A stretch of DNA of 64,000 nt, taken from NCBI GenBank assembly GCA_963836075.1, contig CAWIIB010000001.1, positions 1,664,001-1,728,000 of the forward strand. Reading direction: 5' to 3'. The DNA is from an uncultured Acidobacteriota bacterium. Lineage in GTDB: Bacteria > Acidobacteriota > JAQAZP01. The position numbers and the translations under genes are program-made. The notes under the pieces were generated by a model. It was not told the DNA's origin. It searched no databases and was given only the letters and a program-made list of their open reading frames with translations. Positions 19,200-30,127 of this stretch are shown here, one piece after another (the first letter of the stretch is position 1; each line of letters opens with the position of its first letter).

Positions 19200-20012
19200 A
19201 TGAACTGGATGAGGCCCCTGGCACTGCTCTTTGTTGTCCTTCTCACCCCGACGATGGCCTTTGCCGAAGAGGAATCAACGACCGACGCTGACGATCTGGC
19301 CAAGGCGGCCCAGAACCCGCTGGCCACCCTGGTCACCATGCCCTATCAGTTTAACTGGAACAGCGGGGCGGGCCCGTACGACCGGACCATGTTCAACCTC
19401 AACATCCAACCGGTGATCCCCTTCATCGGTGAGAAGTGGAACGTCATCTCCCGCACCATCATGCCAATCAACAGCGTCCCGCTGGGTGAGAGCGGTGCGG
19501 AGTTCGGCCTCGGGGACACTACCCTGACCCTCTTCTTCTCTCCGGCCAAGGCGGGCAGGCTGTCCTGGGGTGTGGGCCCCATCTTTGGTCTGCCCACCGC
19601 CTCCAACCCCGAAATCCTCGGCTCCGGCAAGTTCGGGCTGGGGCCGTCGGGCGTGGTCTTCTTCATGACCGGCAAGTGGACCATGGGCGCGGTGGCCAGC
19701 AACACCTGGTCGGTGGCAGGCGATGGCGACCGTGACGATACCAACCTGTTCGTCGCTCAGTATTTCCTCAACTACAACTTTGGCGGCGGCTGGGCCGTGG
19801 GCACCGCCCCGGTGCTCAGCTGCAACTGGGAGGCGGAATCGGGCAACCAGTGGACCATCCCCTGGGGCGCACAGGTCTCCAAGCTCACCCGCTTCGGTTC
19901 CCAGCCGGTCAACCTGTTGCTGGGCTACTACCAAAATTCTGAACACCCGGACGGCGCGCCCGATGCGCAGGTCCGCTTCCAACTCAATCTCATGTTCCCT
20001 ACAAAGAAGTAG
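19200..20012 (+). CDS. Outer-membrane beta-barrel of the family often annotated 'neuromedin U'
   Basis: Signal peptide; LAKAAQNPLA, NIQPVIPF, GLGD, WGVGP, C-terminal LMFP. Confidence 0.8.
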   Translation: MNWMRPLALLFVVLLTPTMAFAEEESTTDADDLAKAAQNPLATLVTMPYQFNWNSGAGPYDRTMFNLNIQPVIPFIGEKWNVISRTIMPINSVPLGESGAEFGLGDTTLTLFFSPAKAGRLSWGVGPIFGLPTASNPEILGSGKFGLGPSGVVFFMTGKWTMGAVASNTWSVAGDGDRDDTNLFVAQYFLNYNFGGGWAVGTAPVLSCNWEAESGNQWTIPWGAQVSKLTRFGSQPVNLLLGYYQNSEHPDGAPDAQVRFQLNLMFPTKK

Positions 20013-20052
20013 TGAACGCAAGCGGATCCAATTGAAACCAAAGGAGACAGCA

Positions 20053-21603
20053 ATGAATCGAGGGATGACCATATCGCTTCTGATGGTGGCCCTGGTGCTC
20101 ACCCTGGGCGCCTGCACCACCGCACCGACGGACGGGACACCGGCACAAACAGCCGCCACCACCGTCGAACCGCCGATGATGAAGTACACCACCCAGATCC
20201 CGTCGAATGTCGTTACACCCGACAGGACGGAGACTCGCCTGGGGACCCTGGAGTTCACCGACGGCTTCCCCACCGCGGAGACTTCGGAAAAGATCTGGGA
20301 CTTCATGGACTTCTCCCGCGCCGTTGAGGTCATGATCATGACCACCCCGGCCGCCTCGCTGCAGGGGTTCCGCAAAGGGATCCAGAAGTGGGGCCCGGAC
20401 AACGAAACGATGATCGTCTGGGAGGGCCGCCTGGACTCCAAGGGCCTGTTGCTGACCGGGAACACGACAGTTGTTTACACCTTCATGTGGATCGACCTCA
20501 AGGACGGCCCGATGGTCATGGAGACCCCGCCCAACGTGCTGGGCATCATCGACGATGCGTGGTTCCACTACGTCTGCGATTTCGGTAACGCCGGCGATGA
20601 CAAGGGCAAGGGCGGGAAGTTCCTGCTGGTGCCGCCCGGCTACGAAGGCAAGCTGCCCGCGGACGGCTATTTCGTAAAGCATTCGAGAACCTACGGCCAC
20701 TGGCTGGCCATGCGCGGCTTCATGACCAACTTCGATCCCGCTCCCGTGGTCAAGAACATGAAGGAGCACTTCCGCCTCTACCCGCTGGGCAGTGCCCCCA
20801 GGGAAGTCAACTGGGTCAACACGGCCATGGAGGACTTCAACACGCTGCACGCCCAGGACGCCACCTTCTTTGACGAGGTCAATATCACGGTCCAGGAAGA
20901 GCCCAACTCGGCGGAGGATCCCGAGATTCTCGGGCTGCTGGCGTCCATCGGTATCCAGAAGGGCAAACCCTTTGCCCCGGATTCCCGGATGAAGAAAATC
21001 CTGGCCGAGGCCGCGGCCGTGGGCACCGCCGCCCAACGCACCATCCTCTTCCGCAACCGTGACGAGAACACCGTGATCTGGCCCGGCAGCAAGAGCTGGG
21101 AGGTCGGCTTCGCCGGCGGCAGCTACGAGTTCCTCAACGACGGCGTCAGCCTGATCGATTCCCGGGTCCGCTTTCACTTCTATGCCACCGGGATCACCCC
21201 GGCCATGGTCAAACCGCCGGTGGGCGCCGGGTCGCAATACGTGATCGGCCTGCGCGACGCCCAGGGCAATGCGCTGGACGGCAGCAAGACCTACAAGATC
21301 CACATCCCACCCAACGTTCCGGCCAAGCGCTTCTGGGACATCACGGTCTACGACAACCAGACCCGCTCCCTGCTGCAGACCGACAATCCCTATCCGGGGG
21401 TCACCAGCATCGATCAGGCCACTGTGCAGAATGCCGACGGCTCCTACGACGTCTACATCGGCCCCAAGAAGCCCGATGGCAACGTGAACTGGATCCAGAC
21501 GGTTCCCCACAAGGGCTGGAACATGCTGTGGCGGATCTACGGTCCGACCCAGGTCTGGTATGACGGCGGTTGGCGGCCCAGCGAAATCGAACTGGTTCCG
21601 TAG
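20053..21603 (+). CDS. DUF1254/DUF1214 lipoprotein (subtype A)
   Basis: Lipobox LGAC; LTGNTTVVY, GDDKGKGGKFLLVPP, FWDITVYD, RIYGP. Confidence 0.9.
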   Translation: MNRGMTISLLMVALVLTLGACTTAPTDGTPAQTAATTVEPPMMKYTTQIPSNVVTPDRTETRLGTLEFTDGFPTAETSEKIWDFMDFSRAVEVMIMTTPAASLQGFRKGIQKWGPDNETMIVWEGRLDSKGLLLTGNTTVVYTFMWIDLKDGPMVMETPPNVLGIIDDAWFHYVCDFGNAGDDKGKGGKFLLVPPGYEGKLPADGYFVKHSRTYGHWLAMRGFMTNFDPAPVVKNMKEHFRLYPLGSAPREVNWVNTAMEDFNTLHAQDATFFDEVNITVQEEPNSAEDPEILGLLASIGIQKGKPFAPDSRMKKILAEAAAVGTAAQRTILFRNRDENTVIWPGSKSWEVGFAGGSYEFLNDGVSLIDSRVRFHFYATGITPAMVKPPVGAGSQYVIGLRDAQGNALDGSKTYKIHIPPNVPAKRFWDITVYDNQTRSLLQTDNPYPGVTSIDQATVQNADGSYDVYIGPKKPDGNVNWIQTVPHKGWNMLWRIYGPTQVWYDGGWRPSEIELVP

Positions 21604-21673
21604 CGAACCTGTCTCAATCGTACGGCGGGGCGGGTCAACACTCGCCCCGCCAAATTAGAAAGGGGATCTTGAG

Positions 21674-23221
21674 ATGAAAGCAAGAATACTGGTCGTTCTG
21701 GCAATAACCGGGCTCATGACCGCCGGCCTGATGGCGCCGGCCATTGCCCAGCAGGGCAAGAGCATCTTCGAACTCGGCAGCTCGAACACCCTGCCGGCCT
21801 CGAAAGACTTCAAACCGGCCCCCGAGACCGTGAAGACCCGGTTCGGAACGCTGAGCTTCCCGGGCGGCTACCCGACGGAAGAGACGGTGCAAAAGGTCTA
21901 CGACGAACTCGACCTGCAGCGTGCGACCCAGCTCTACCTCGACATGTATCCCGCTCTTTCCATGCGTGGAATGATGTTGGGAACGGTCCGTGATTACGGG
22001 GCGAAGGACTGCTCCCATGTCTCGGTGACAGCCGATCGCCTGGATTCCAAGGCAATGTGGCTGACCGGAAACACCGAAAGCATCTACGCCATGATCGTGT
22101 TTGACCTGAAGACCGACGGTCCCACGGTCTTTCAAGCGCCTCCCGGATTGATGGGACCGGTGGATGACGCCAACTTCCTGTTTGCCTTCGATATTGGTCC
22201 CACCGGCCAGGACAAGGGCAAGGGTGGCAAGTACCTGATCCTCCCTCCGGACTACAAGGGCGAGGTGCCGGACGGCTACTTCGTGTTCAACTCGCCGACC
22301 TATCAGCTCTTTTCCTTTGTCCGCGCCAATGCCGAGGTGGTGGGAACGGGTGAGAAGGCGATGGATTTCTTCCGCAAGAACTGCCGGGTCTATCCGCTGA
22401 AGGATGAATCAAGGGCCAGCACGTTCACCAATGTGACCGGTGTGCCGATCAATACGCTGGTTCCCGAAGATGCCACCGCATTCGAATGGATGCATGAGCT
22501 CATCAACTATGAACCGGCCGAAGCCTTCGGGAAGGAGAAGCTCGGACGTCTCGCTTCCATCGGTATTGAAAAGGGTAAGCCATTCGCCCCTGACGCACGC
22601 ATGCAGGGTATTATGGCCAAGGCCGCCGAGCAGGGCGTCGCCATGTCGCGCGTGATCGCCTTCGACTGCCGCGATCCCCAGGCTCCCGCCTATCCGAACC
22701 GGAAATGGGAAAGCCCGTACGTCACCAACAATTCGACGTTCTACCAGAACGACTATATCAATCTCGAGGCACGCACGGTGTTCCATTTCACCGCCGACGG
22801 CATCACGCCCGCCATGGCGGCCCAGATGCCCGAAGGTCTTGGATCAAGATACCAGACAACCTACAAAGACAAAGACGACAAATTCCTGGACGGCAACAAG
22901 ACCTACAAGCTGCACATGCCGCCGAATGTTCCGGTCAAGTTGTTCTGGGCGGTGACGGTCTACGATCCGTGGTCGCGTTGCTGCATAAAGACACAGCCTT
23001 ACCCGAGCATCAGCAGCCAGCAGAAGCCTCCGCCGACAACCAACGCCGATGGCTCCATCGACATCTACTTCTCCAATGAGAAGCCGGAAGGCGTTGCGGC
23101 ACAGAATTGGGTCAAGACCCTGCCTAACCAAGGCTTCTTTGTCTACATGCGCTACTACGGCCCGCTCAACGCATTCAACAACAAAACGTGGATCCCCAAT
23201 GACGTGGAGCTGGTGGAGTAG
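21674..23221 (+). CDS. DUF1254/DUF1214 secreted protein (subtype B)
   Basis: Signal peptide; LTGNTESIY, GQDKGKGGKYLILPP, FWAVTVYD, RYYGP. Confidence 0.9.
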   Translation: MKARILVVLAITGLMTAGLMAPAIAQQGKSIFELGSSNTLPASKDFKPAPETVKTRFGTLSFPGGYPTEETVQKVYDELDLQRATQLYLDMYPALSMRGMMLGTVRDYGAKDCSHVSVTADRLDSKAMWLTGNTESIYAMIVFDLKTDGPTVFQAPPGLMGPVDDANFLFAFDIGPTGQDKGKGGKYLILPPDYKGEVPDGYFVFNSPTYQLFSFVRANAEVVGTGEKAMDFFRKNCRVYPLKDESRASTFTNVTGVPINTLVPEDATAFEWMHELINYEPAEAFGKEKLGRLASIGIEKGKPFAPDARMQGIMAKAAEQGVAMSRVIAFDCRDPQAPAYPNRKWESPYVTNNSTFYQNDYINLEARTVFHFTADGITPAMAAQMPEGLGSRYQTTYKDKDDKFLDGNKTYKLHMPPNVPVKLFWAVTVYDPWSRCCIKTQPYPSISSQQKPPPTTNADGSIDIYFSNEKPEGVAAQNWVKTLPNQGFFVYMRYYGPLNAFNNKTWIPNDVELVE

Positions 23222-23289
23222 CATCGGATCCCAATCAATGCCGGGGGCGGGTGATCTATTGGCCCGCCCCGGACAAAAGGTGTATTTCT

Positions 23290-24753
23290 ATGAAAACGAA
23301 AACACTCCTGATCCTCGCGCTGATTGGTCTAGTGACTGCCCTGATGGCGACTCCCGCCGTGGCGCAGGACAAGCCCAACGTTGTCCTCATGCTGGCCGAC
23401 AATGTCGGCTGGGGCGACATCGGCGCCTACGGCGGCGGCGAGATACGAGGGATGCCCACGCCGAACATCGATCGATTGGCCAGCGAAGGCATGCAGATGA
23501 CCCAGTTTCTGGTGGAACCGGCATGCACGCCTTCCAGGGCTGCTCTGTTGACAGGACGCTATTCGACACGTGTTGGGTTAAATACCGTCATTATCGGTGG
23601 CACGCCCAATACCCTGCAGGCCAAAGAGGTGACGCTCGGTGAGCTATTCAAAGAAAAGGATTATGCCACCGCATACGCCGGCAAATGGCATTTAGGTATG
23701 GAAGAGCAGAGTTGGCCGACGCGTCAGGGCTTTGATGAGTATCATGTGGGTGTGATCGAGACAACCGACGGCACCCTGTACCGGGAAAGCATGGAACGCA
23801 GCGGTATGCCGGAATCTTTTATCGAAAGCGTAGTTCCGAGAATTTATGAGTCTGATGAAAACGGAAACCTCAAAGCAGTGCGGGAATACACCGTGGATTA
23901 CCGTCGGCAGGTTGAAGGTGATATCGCCAAAGCATCTGTGGACTTCATCAAACGTCAAACGAAAAACAATCAGCCTTTCTTCATGATGATCGGCTGGACG
24001 CACTCTCACTATCCGAGTGTTACCCCGCCTGAGTTTAGCGGTAAATCGAGTAGTGGTCCGTATGGCGACGCGATTATGGAGCTTGACCATCGCACCGGTG
24101 AAGTGCTTGCCGCCATTGAAGATGCGGGGATTGAGGACAATACCATCGTCATCTGGATTTCTGAAAACGGTGCAACTCCCATCAGCGGACCTCCTGCCTA
24201 TCGTGGCGGAAATAACGGCCCCTTCCGGGGGGAACTCGGTGATGCCACGGAAGGTTCTATCCGTGTTCCGGGCATGATCAAATGGCCCGGCAAAATCGCC
24301 CCGGGGAAAAACAATGGCATGGTGTCGATTCATGATTTTCTGCCCACTCTGGCCAGTATCATCGGGGCGAAAGTACCTGATGATCGAGCCATTGACGGCG
24401 TTGACCAAAGTGCCTTCTTCCTGGGCAAACAGAAAAACTCCAATCGTGAGCACCTGATTACCTTTATTGAAGATGAGGTCGCCGCAGTGCGCTGGCACCA
24501 GTTCCGCATTTACCCGCAGGATTTTGTTCCCTCCGGTGGTAATCCCGCCCGTCCCGGATTAGGTGGTCACCGCGCAGAGATGAATGGTATGCCGGCTATC
24601 TACCATATAGAGAACGATCCACGGGAAGAGGATAACCTGATTGCTTCTAAAGCCTGGGTATTCAGGCCGTATATGAAAGCGATTGGGGATTACTACAAAT
24701 CATTGGAGAAATACCCGAACCCAAAGGGAGTTTCTCTAACGGAGTTCAAATAA
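23290..24753 (+). CDS. Secreted arylsulfatase, Cys-type
   Basis: Signal peptide; PNVVLMLADNVG, CTPSRAALLTGR, GKWHLG. Confidence 0.93.
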   Translation: MKTKTLLILALIGLVTALMATPAVAQDKPNVVLMLADNVGWGDIGAYGGGEIRGMPTPNIDRLASEGMQMTQFLVEPACTPSRAALLTGRYSTRVGLNTVIIGGTPNTLQAKEVTLGELFKEKDYATAYAGKWHLGMEEQSWPTRQGFDEYHVGVIETTDGTLYRESMERSGMPESFIESVVPRIYESDENGNLKAVREYTVDYRRQVEGDIAKASVDFIKRQTKNNQPFFMMIGWTHSHYPSVTPPEFSGKSSSGPYGDAIMELDHRTGEVLAAIEDAGIEDNTIVIWISENGATPISGPPAYRGGNNGPFRGELGDATEGSIRVPGMIKWPGKIAPGKNNGMVSIHDFLPTLASIIGAKVPDDRAIDGVDQSAFFLGKQKNSNREHLITFIEDEVAAVRWHQFRIYPQDFVPSGGNPARPGLGGHRAEMNGMPAIYHIENDPREEDNLIASKAWVFRPYMKAIGDYYKSLEKYPNPKGVSLTEFK

Positions 24754-24920
24754 ACTTGCCGGTTATCGAAAGGCGCGGCTTCCCGGTTTCCGGCCGGGGA
24801 AGTACGACAGAGTGCCCTTGACGAACATCGGGCTATAGGTTTCCAGAGCAGGCGGAAAGGCACAGCCGGCCTTTTCGCCTGCCCCGGTTTTTTTGATCAA
24901 ATATTCCTTAAGGCATCGAG

Positions 24921-25106
24921 GTGGACGAAGTCGACGTGGAAAACAGGATTGCGGAGAAAGCCGAGGAGTTTGCGGCGAAGGAAACGGCGTTGCGATCAGA
25001 ACTCGAGAGAGGCGGCGGGGCGCAGAGACTCAGGAATATGCTCCTCGCCGAGAGCCCACCGGAGTATTTAATGGAAATAAACACTTTAAAAAAGAGAAAA
25101 TCATGA
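24921..25106 (+). other. Short ORF or gene remnant overlapping the sulfatase start (ATGA)
   Basis: Its 3' half (QRLRNMLLAES..YLMEINTLK) recurs upstream of 26822. Confidence 0.4.
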
Positions 25107-26627
25107 AGAACAAATCTAATTTTGCAAGAAAGGCGTGCAAGTGGGCAGCGGTAGGCTGCGTACTTGCGGGGGTAACCATTGCCGTTGCTGCAGCACCACA
25201 GGACGCGGCTGCAGCCTCAAAAAAATCCGGAAAGCCCAATGTAGTAATTATGCTGTCAGACAACATGGGATACGGTGATTTAGGATGCTATGGCAGCGGT
25301 GGTGAACTTCGTGGTATGCCCACGCCACGCATCGATCAGCTGGCAAGTGAAGGGATGATGCTCACTCAGTTTTTCGTGGAGCCGGGCTGTACACCGACCC
25401 GCGCGGCTTTGCTGACAGGCAGATATTCTCAACGTGCAGGATTGGGAAGCATTATTATTGCCGGTACACCCAGTACTCTGCAGGATAGTGAGGTGACGCT
25501 GGCCGAACTGTTCAAATCAAAAGACTACGCCACTGCCATTGTGGGTAAATGGCATCTGGGTGAAGAAAAGCAAAGTCTGCCCATTAACCAGGGCTTTGAT
25601 GAATGGCATGTTGGGATTTTACAAACCACCGACGGTGTATTGTATCCGGATGGTATGCGTAGAAGCGGTTTTTCGGAAGCAGCAATTGCCAAATCGCAAA
25701 CCGCTATCTGGGAATCAGAACCCGGAAAGGATGTGTTGAAAAAGGTCCGTCCCTACGATCTTGAATACAGGCGGCATATCGAAGGTGACATAGCGCAAGC
25801 CTCCGTGAAGTACATCAAAGAACAGGCAAAAGAAAAGGAAGCCATTCTTTCTTTATGTGGGATGGTCACATGTGCATTATCCGGCCTTGCCTCATCCCGA
25901 CTTTGAGGGGAAATCGAGTGCCGGGCTTTTTGGTGATGCTGTGATGGAACTTGACTACCGTACAGGACAGGTGCTTGACGCCATAAAGGAGGCCGGTATT
26001 GAAGACAACACCATCGTCATATGGCTTTCTGACAATGGGCCGGCTACAACCCAGGGGTCCAACAACGATTTCCTGGGCAGTTCAGCCGGACCGTTCCGTG
26101 GAGAGGTTGGTGATGCACTTGAGGGTTCACTGCGCGTTCCGGGCATGATCAAATGGCCAGCAAAGATCAAACCGGCAAAGAGCAACGAGATGGTAGCTAT
26201 CCACGACTTCTACCCTACATTGGCCAACATTATCGGGGCCAAAGTACCCACTGACCGTGCCATTGATGGCGTCGATCAGGGTGATTTCTTCCTAGGCAAA
26301 AACAAGCAGTCAGCGCGCGAAAGCCTGATCACGTTCATGGAAGGCGAGGTTGCTGCAGTGCGCTGGAAGCAGTGGCGGATTTATCCAAAGCAATTCGTTG
26401 CATCTGAGGGCAACCCGTCCCTGATGGGCGTGGGCGCCTATCGTGCCGAGGGGATGGGGTATCCTTCTATCTACAACATTGCCCGTGATCCACGGGAACA
26501 ATGGAACCAGACTGCAGTCTCTGCCTTTGTGCTCGGACCGTATATGCAGATTGTGGGCGAATACCAGAAGTCACTGGAAAAATATCCCAATCCACCAGCC
26601 TTCAGCATGACAAAATTTGCGAAGTAA
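25103..26627 (+). CDS. Secreted arylsulfatase, Cys-type; frameshift near 25840
   Basis: CTPTRAALLTGR; continues in the 25857..26627 frame (GWSHVHYP...); close paralogue of 23290. Confidence 0.9.
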
Positions 26628-26821
26628 CGGGGGCAAAAAAGCATCGCATGCTGCGCCAGGGATTATCCTTGGCGCAGCATCCATGACTAAAAAAGAAAAT
26701 TGGAGCATTAATAATGTCAAACATCCTCAAGGCGATGGGCTGCAGCGTCTGAAGAATATGCTCATCGCTGAAAGCGCACTGGGGTATTTAATGGAAATAA
26801 ACACTTTAAAGAGAAAAAATC

Positions 26822-28348
26822 ATGAAGAAAAAATCAAATTTTGTAGGCAAAGCTCGAAAGTGGGCCGCTGTCGGCTGCGTATTGGCTGGTGTGACCATTG
26901 CCGTTGCTGCAACACCACAGGACGCGGCGGCAGCTCCTCAAAAGGCCGACAAGCCCAACATCGTTCTGATCAACATGGACAACTTCGGCTACGGCGAGCT
27001 GGGGTGCTACGGCGGGGGTATTCTCCGGGGTGGCGCCACGCCGCGCATCGACAAGCTGGCCACTGAAGGGATGCGGCTGTTGAATTTCAATGTCGAGGCG
27101 CAGTGCACGCCCAGTCGTGCGGCGCTGATGACAGGCCGTTATGCCGTACGCACGGGGAACGGTTCTGTACCGCTCCAAACCGTGGATTATGGTTTGACCC
27201 AGTGGGAATACACCATGCCGGAGATGCTGAGCGATGTGGGTTATGCCACCGCCCATTTCGGCAAGTGGAATCTCGGCCAGGAGAGAGGGTCGCTATCCCA
27301 CCAATCAGGGTTTCGATGAGTGGTATGGCATCCCCAATTCGACCGACGAGAGCCTGTGGCCGACGAATGAAATGTTCCTAGAAGTGGGCGGAAAATAGCG
27401 GAGGAGACCGGCAAAAATCCGATGATCAAGGAAGAGCACATGTTTTATCGGCCAGAAAAGGCTCACCGACAAAAGTGGTGAAGGTCTTCGATCTGTCGGT
27501 AAGGCGAGAGATCGACCGTGAAGTCACCGACCTTGCCAAAGACTTCATGACACGCCAGGCCAAAGCCGGTAAACCGTTCTTCCTGTATCTGCCTTACACC
27601 CAGACGCATATGCCGGTTTCACCGAGTAATGAGTTTAAAGGCAAGAGTGGCAATGGCGACTGGGGCGATGTGCTAATGCAGATCGATGCCTATACCGGTG
27701 AATTGCTGGATAAGGTAGATGAGTTGGGTATTGCCGAAAATACCATCTTTATTTTTACCTCGGATAACGGCGGCGAAATGACCCCCAATTTCCAGGGATG
27801 GAACGGCCCATGGAGTGGTTCCTATTTCACGGGTAAGGAAGGGTCCTTACGGGTGCCATTTATTGTCCGCTGGCCTGGAAAAGTTCCGGCAGGCAAGGTC
27901 TCCAACGAGATCGTTCACCAGTTTGATCTGTACGCTACATTGGCAAACATTGCCGGTGGTAAGGTGCCGACAGATCGTATCATCGACAGTAAGGACATGA
28001 CGGATTTCTTCCTGGGGAAACAAGAGGCGTCCGGTCGAGACGGCTTTGTAGTCTATGTCGGTGACGATATTCACGGCGTGAAGTGGCAAAACTATAAGAT
28101 GATGTTCATGGAGTTTGAAGGAGGGCATGGGTAGTGGGAAACTGAACGTGTTCCCGTTTGCTCGCTTTTACAACCTCTATGATGACCCTAAAGAAGAATA
28201 TCCCGTGAATGACCACAGCAATGGGCGTAAATTATGGCTACGTTGGGGGACTGGGCCGATTCTGGTAGAGCATAAGGAGTCGTTGGCCAAAGAACCACCA
28301 ATCAAGCCGGGTACGCCTGATCCATACATGCCGAAGAATCAGAAATAA
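26822..28348 (+). CDS. Secreted arylsulfatase, Cys-type; several frameshifts (near 27290, 27380-27470, 28130)
   Basis: CTPSRAALMTGR, GKWNLG, SDNG, EGSLRVPFIVRWPG, YNLYDDPKE, spread over several frames. Confidence 0.85.
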
Positions 28349-28561
28349 CCCAGGCAGTGCGGCATGAGCCGAGCAAGGAACTCGGCTCATGCCACCTTGT
28401 TTGAGCAAGCGGGAGATTAATGGCGCACAGAAGAGAAGCAGGCATGACGGCAGGAAGGGCTGAACATCGAATATTCAACGAAAACTCGCCATCTTGCCAA
28501 TCACCGCCTGCGGTTTGCTGGCTATTGCCGGCTGCCAAAAGCAGGGAAAGGATGTGGCCGT

Positions 28562-30100
28562 ATGAAATTGAAAACGTTCACGATGATAGCGCTCGCAGTC
28601 GTGCTGGTCGCTGGCCAGACACCGGTTGACGCACAGACGGGAGAGGACCGAAACCTCTTCAAGACAGCTGGCGAGAAACAGACCAACACGGACTTTAAAC
28701 CGGCACCGGATAAAATCGAGACCAACTTTGGCACCTTGAATTTCGAACTTGAGGCCTTTCCCGACCAAGCATCCGTGCAGAAAATCTATGATGAAATGGA
28801 TTTACAGCGGGCCACGCAGGCCTATATGGATTTCATGCCGGCTCTCTCGGTATACGGCATTGTGAAGTCGCACATCCGCGACTTCGGCTTCAAGACCTCG
28901 TCCGACATCGTGGTGGCGGCCGGTCCCGGTTGGAGACCCAGCGAGCTCTACCTGACCGGCAACAACGCCACCGTATATGCCTGTGCGTCCCTCGATCTCA
29001 AGGTGGACGGTCCGACGGTGGTGGAGATTCCACCCGGCATGTACGGCACTGCCGACGACGCGCTTTTCAAGTACCTCGTGGATTTCGGCTTTGTCGGCCC
29101 CGACAAGGGCAAAGGCGGCAAGTACCTCTTCCTGCCTCCCGGATACGACCACAATCCACCCGCGGGTTTCTTTGCAATCCACTCGCCGAGCTATCGCATC
29201 TGGGTGATGATGCGCGGCTTCGGTGAGGTCGGGACCGGTGAGCAAGCCGTTGCCTGGTTCAGGGAGAATCTCAGAGTCTACCCACTGGCAACCGGTCCCC
29301 GTGAAGGCAATTTCACGAACGGAACCGGCGTCGGCACCAACTCGCTGGTTCCGGAGGACGGTTCTGCATTCGAGATGCTCAACGAAATCGTGCAGTACGA
29401 ACCCGGGGAGCTGTTCGGCGCCGAGCAGCTGGGCCGCCTGGCCACCCTCGGTATCCGCAAGGGCGAGCTCTTCAACCCCGATCAACGGATGCGCCGGATT
29501 CTTGACCACGCCGCTCAGCAGGGTGTCGCGATGTCGCGTGCCATCGTCTACGCCTCTCGCGAGCCCGATATCCGATACTGGCCAGAGCGCCACTGGGAGA
29601 AGATGTTCCTCCACAACACCACCTTCGAGCGGGACGGCGCCAACGACATCGATGCCCGCACACTCTGGCACTATCAGGCGATCGTGGTTTCACCAAACCT
29701 GGTTTCTACGACTCCGGGCCAGGGCACGGCCTACCTGACCACATTCCGGGATAACAAAGGCGAGTATCTGGATGGCGGTAAGCGTTACAAATTGCGCGTG
29801 CCGGCAAATCCGCCCGTCAAACGCTTCTGGGCGATCTCGGCCTACGATCCGACCACCCGAAGCCTACTCGATATCGGAGGCAACAAAAACAAGTCAGTCG
29901 GTAGCCTGGATAACCCCGAAGTCAATGCTGATGGCTCTGTTGATGTCTTCTTCAGCGCAAAAGCCCCGCAGGGAAAAGAAAGGAACTGGGTCCCAACAAA
30001 CCCCGATAAGGGCTTCTTCCTGGTGTTCCGTTTCTATGGACCCACGGAAGGATACATCGAGAAGACCTGGGTGCTCAATGACCTTGAGTTAGTAAATTAA
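28562..30100 (+). CDS. DUF1254/DUF1214 secreted protein (subtype B')
   Basis: DFKPAP and VQKIYDEMDLQRATQ shared with 21674; GPDKGKGGKYLFLPP, RFYGP. Confidence 0.9.
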   Translation: MKLKTFTMIALAVVLVAGQTPVDAQTGEDRNLFKTAGEKQTNTDFKPAPDKIETNFGTLNFELEAFPDQASVQKIYDEMDLQRATQAYMDFMPALSVYGIVKSHIRDFGFKTSSDIVVAAGPGWRPSELYLTGNNATVYACASLDLKVDGPTVVEIPPGMYGTADDALFKYLVDFGFVGPDKGKGGKYLFLPPGYDHNPPAGFFAIHSPSYRIWVMMRGFGEVGTGEQAVAWFRENLRVYPLATGPREGNFTNGTGVGTNSLVPEDGSAFEMLNEIVQYEPGELFGAEQLGRLATLGIRKGELFNPDQRMRRILDHAAQQGVAMSRAIVYASREPDIRYWPERHWEKMFLHNTTFERDGANDIDARTLWHYQAIVVSPNLVSTTPGQGTAYLTTFRDNKGEYLDGGKRYKLRVPANPPVKRFWAISAYDPTTRSLLDIGGNKNKSVGSLDNPEVNADGSVDVFFSAKAPQGKERNWVPTNPDKGFFLVFRFYGPTEGYIEKTWVLNDLELVN

Positions 30101-30127
30101 AGGATCGTAAATTAAAGGAGAAACAAA

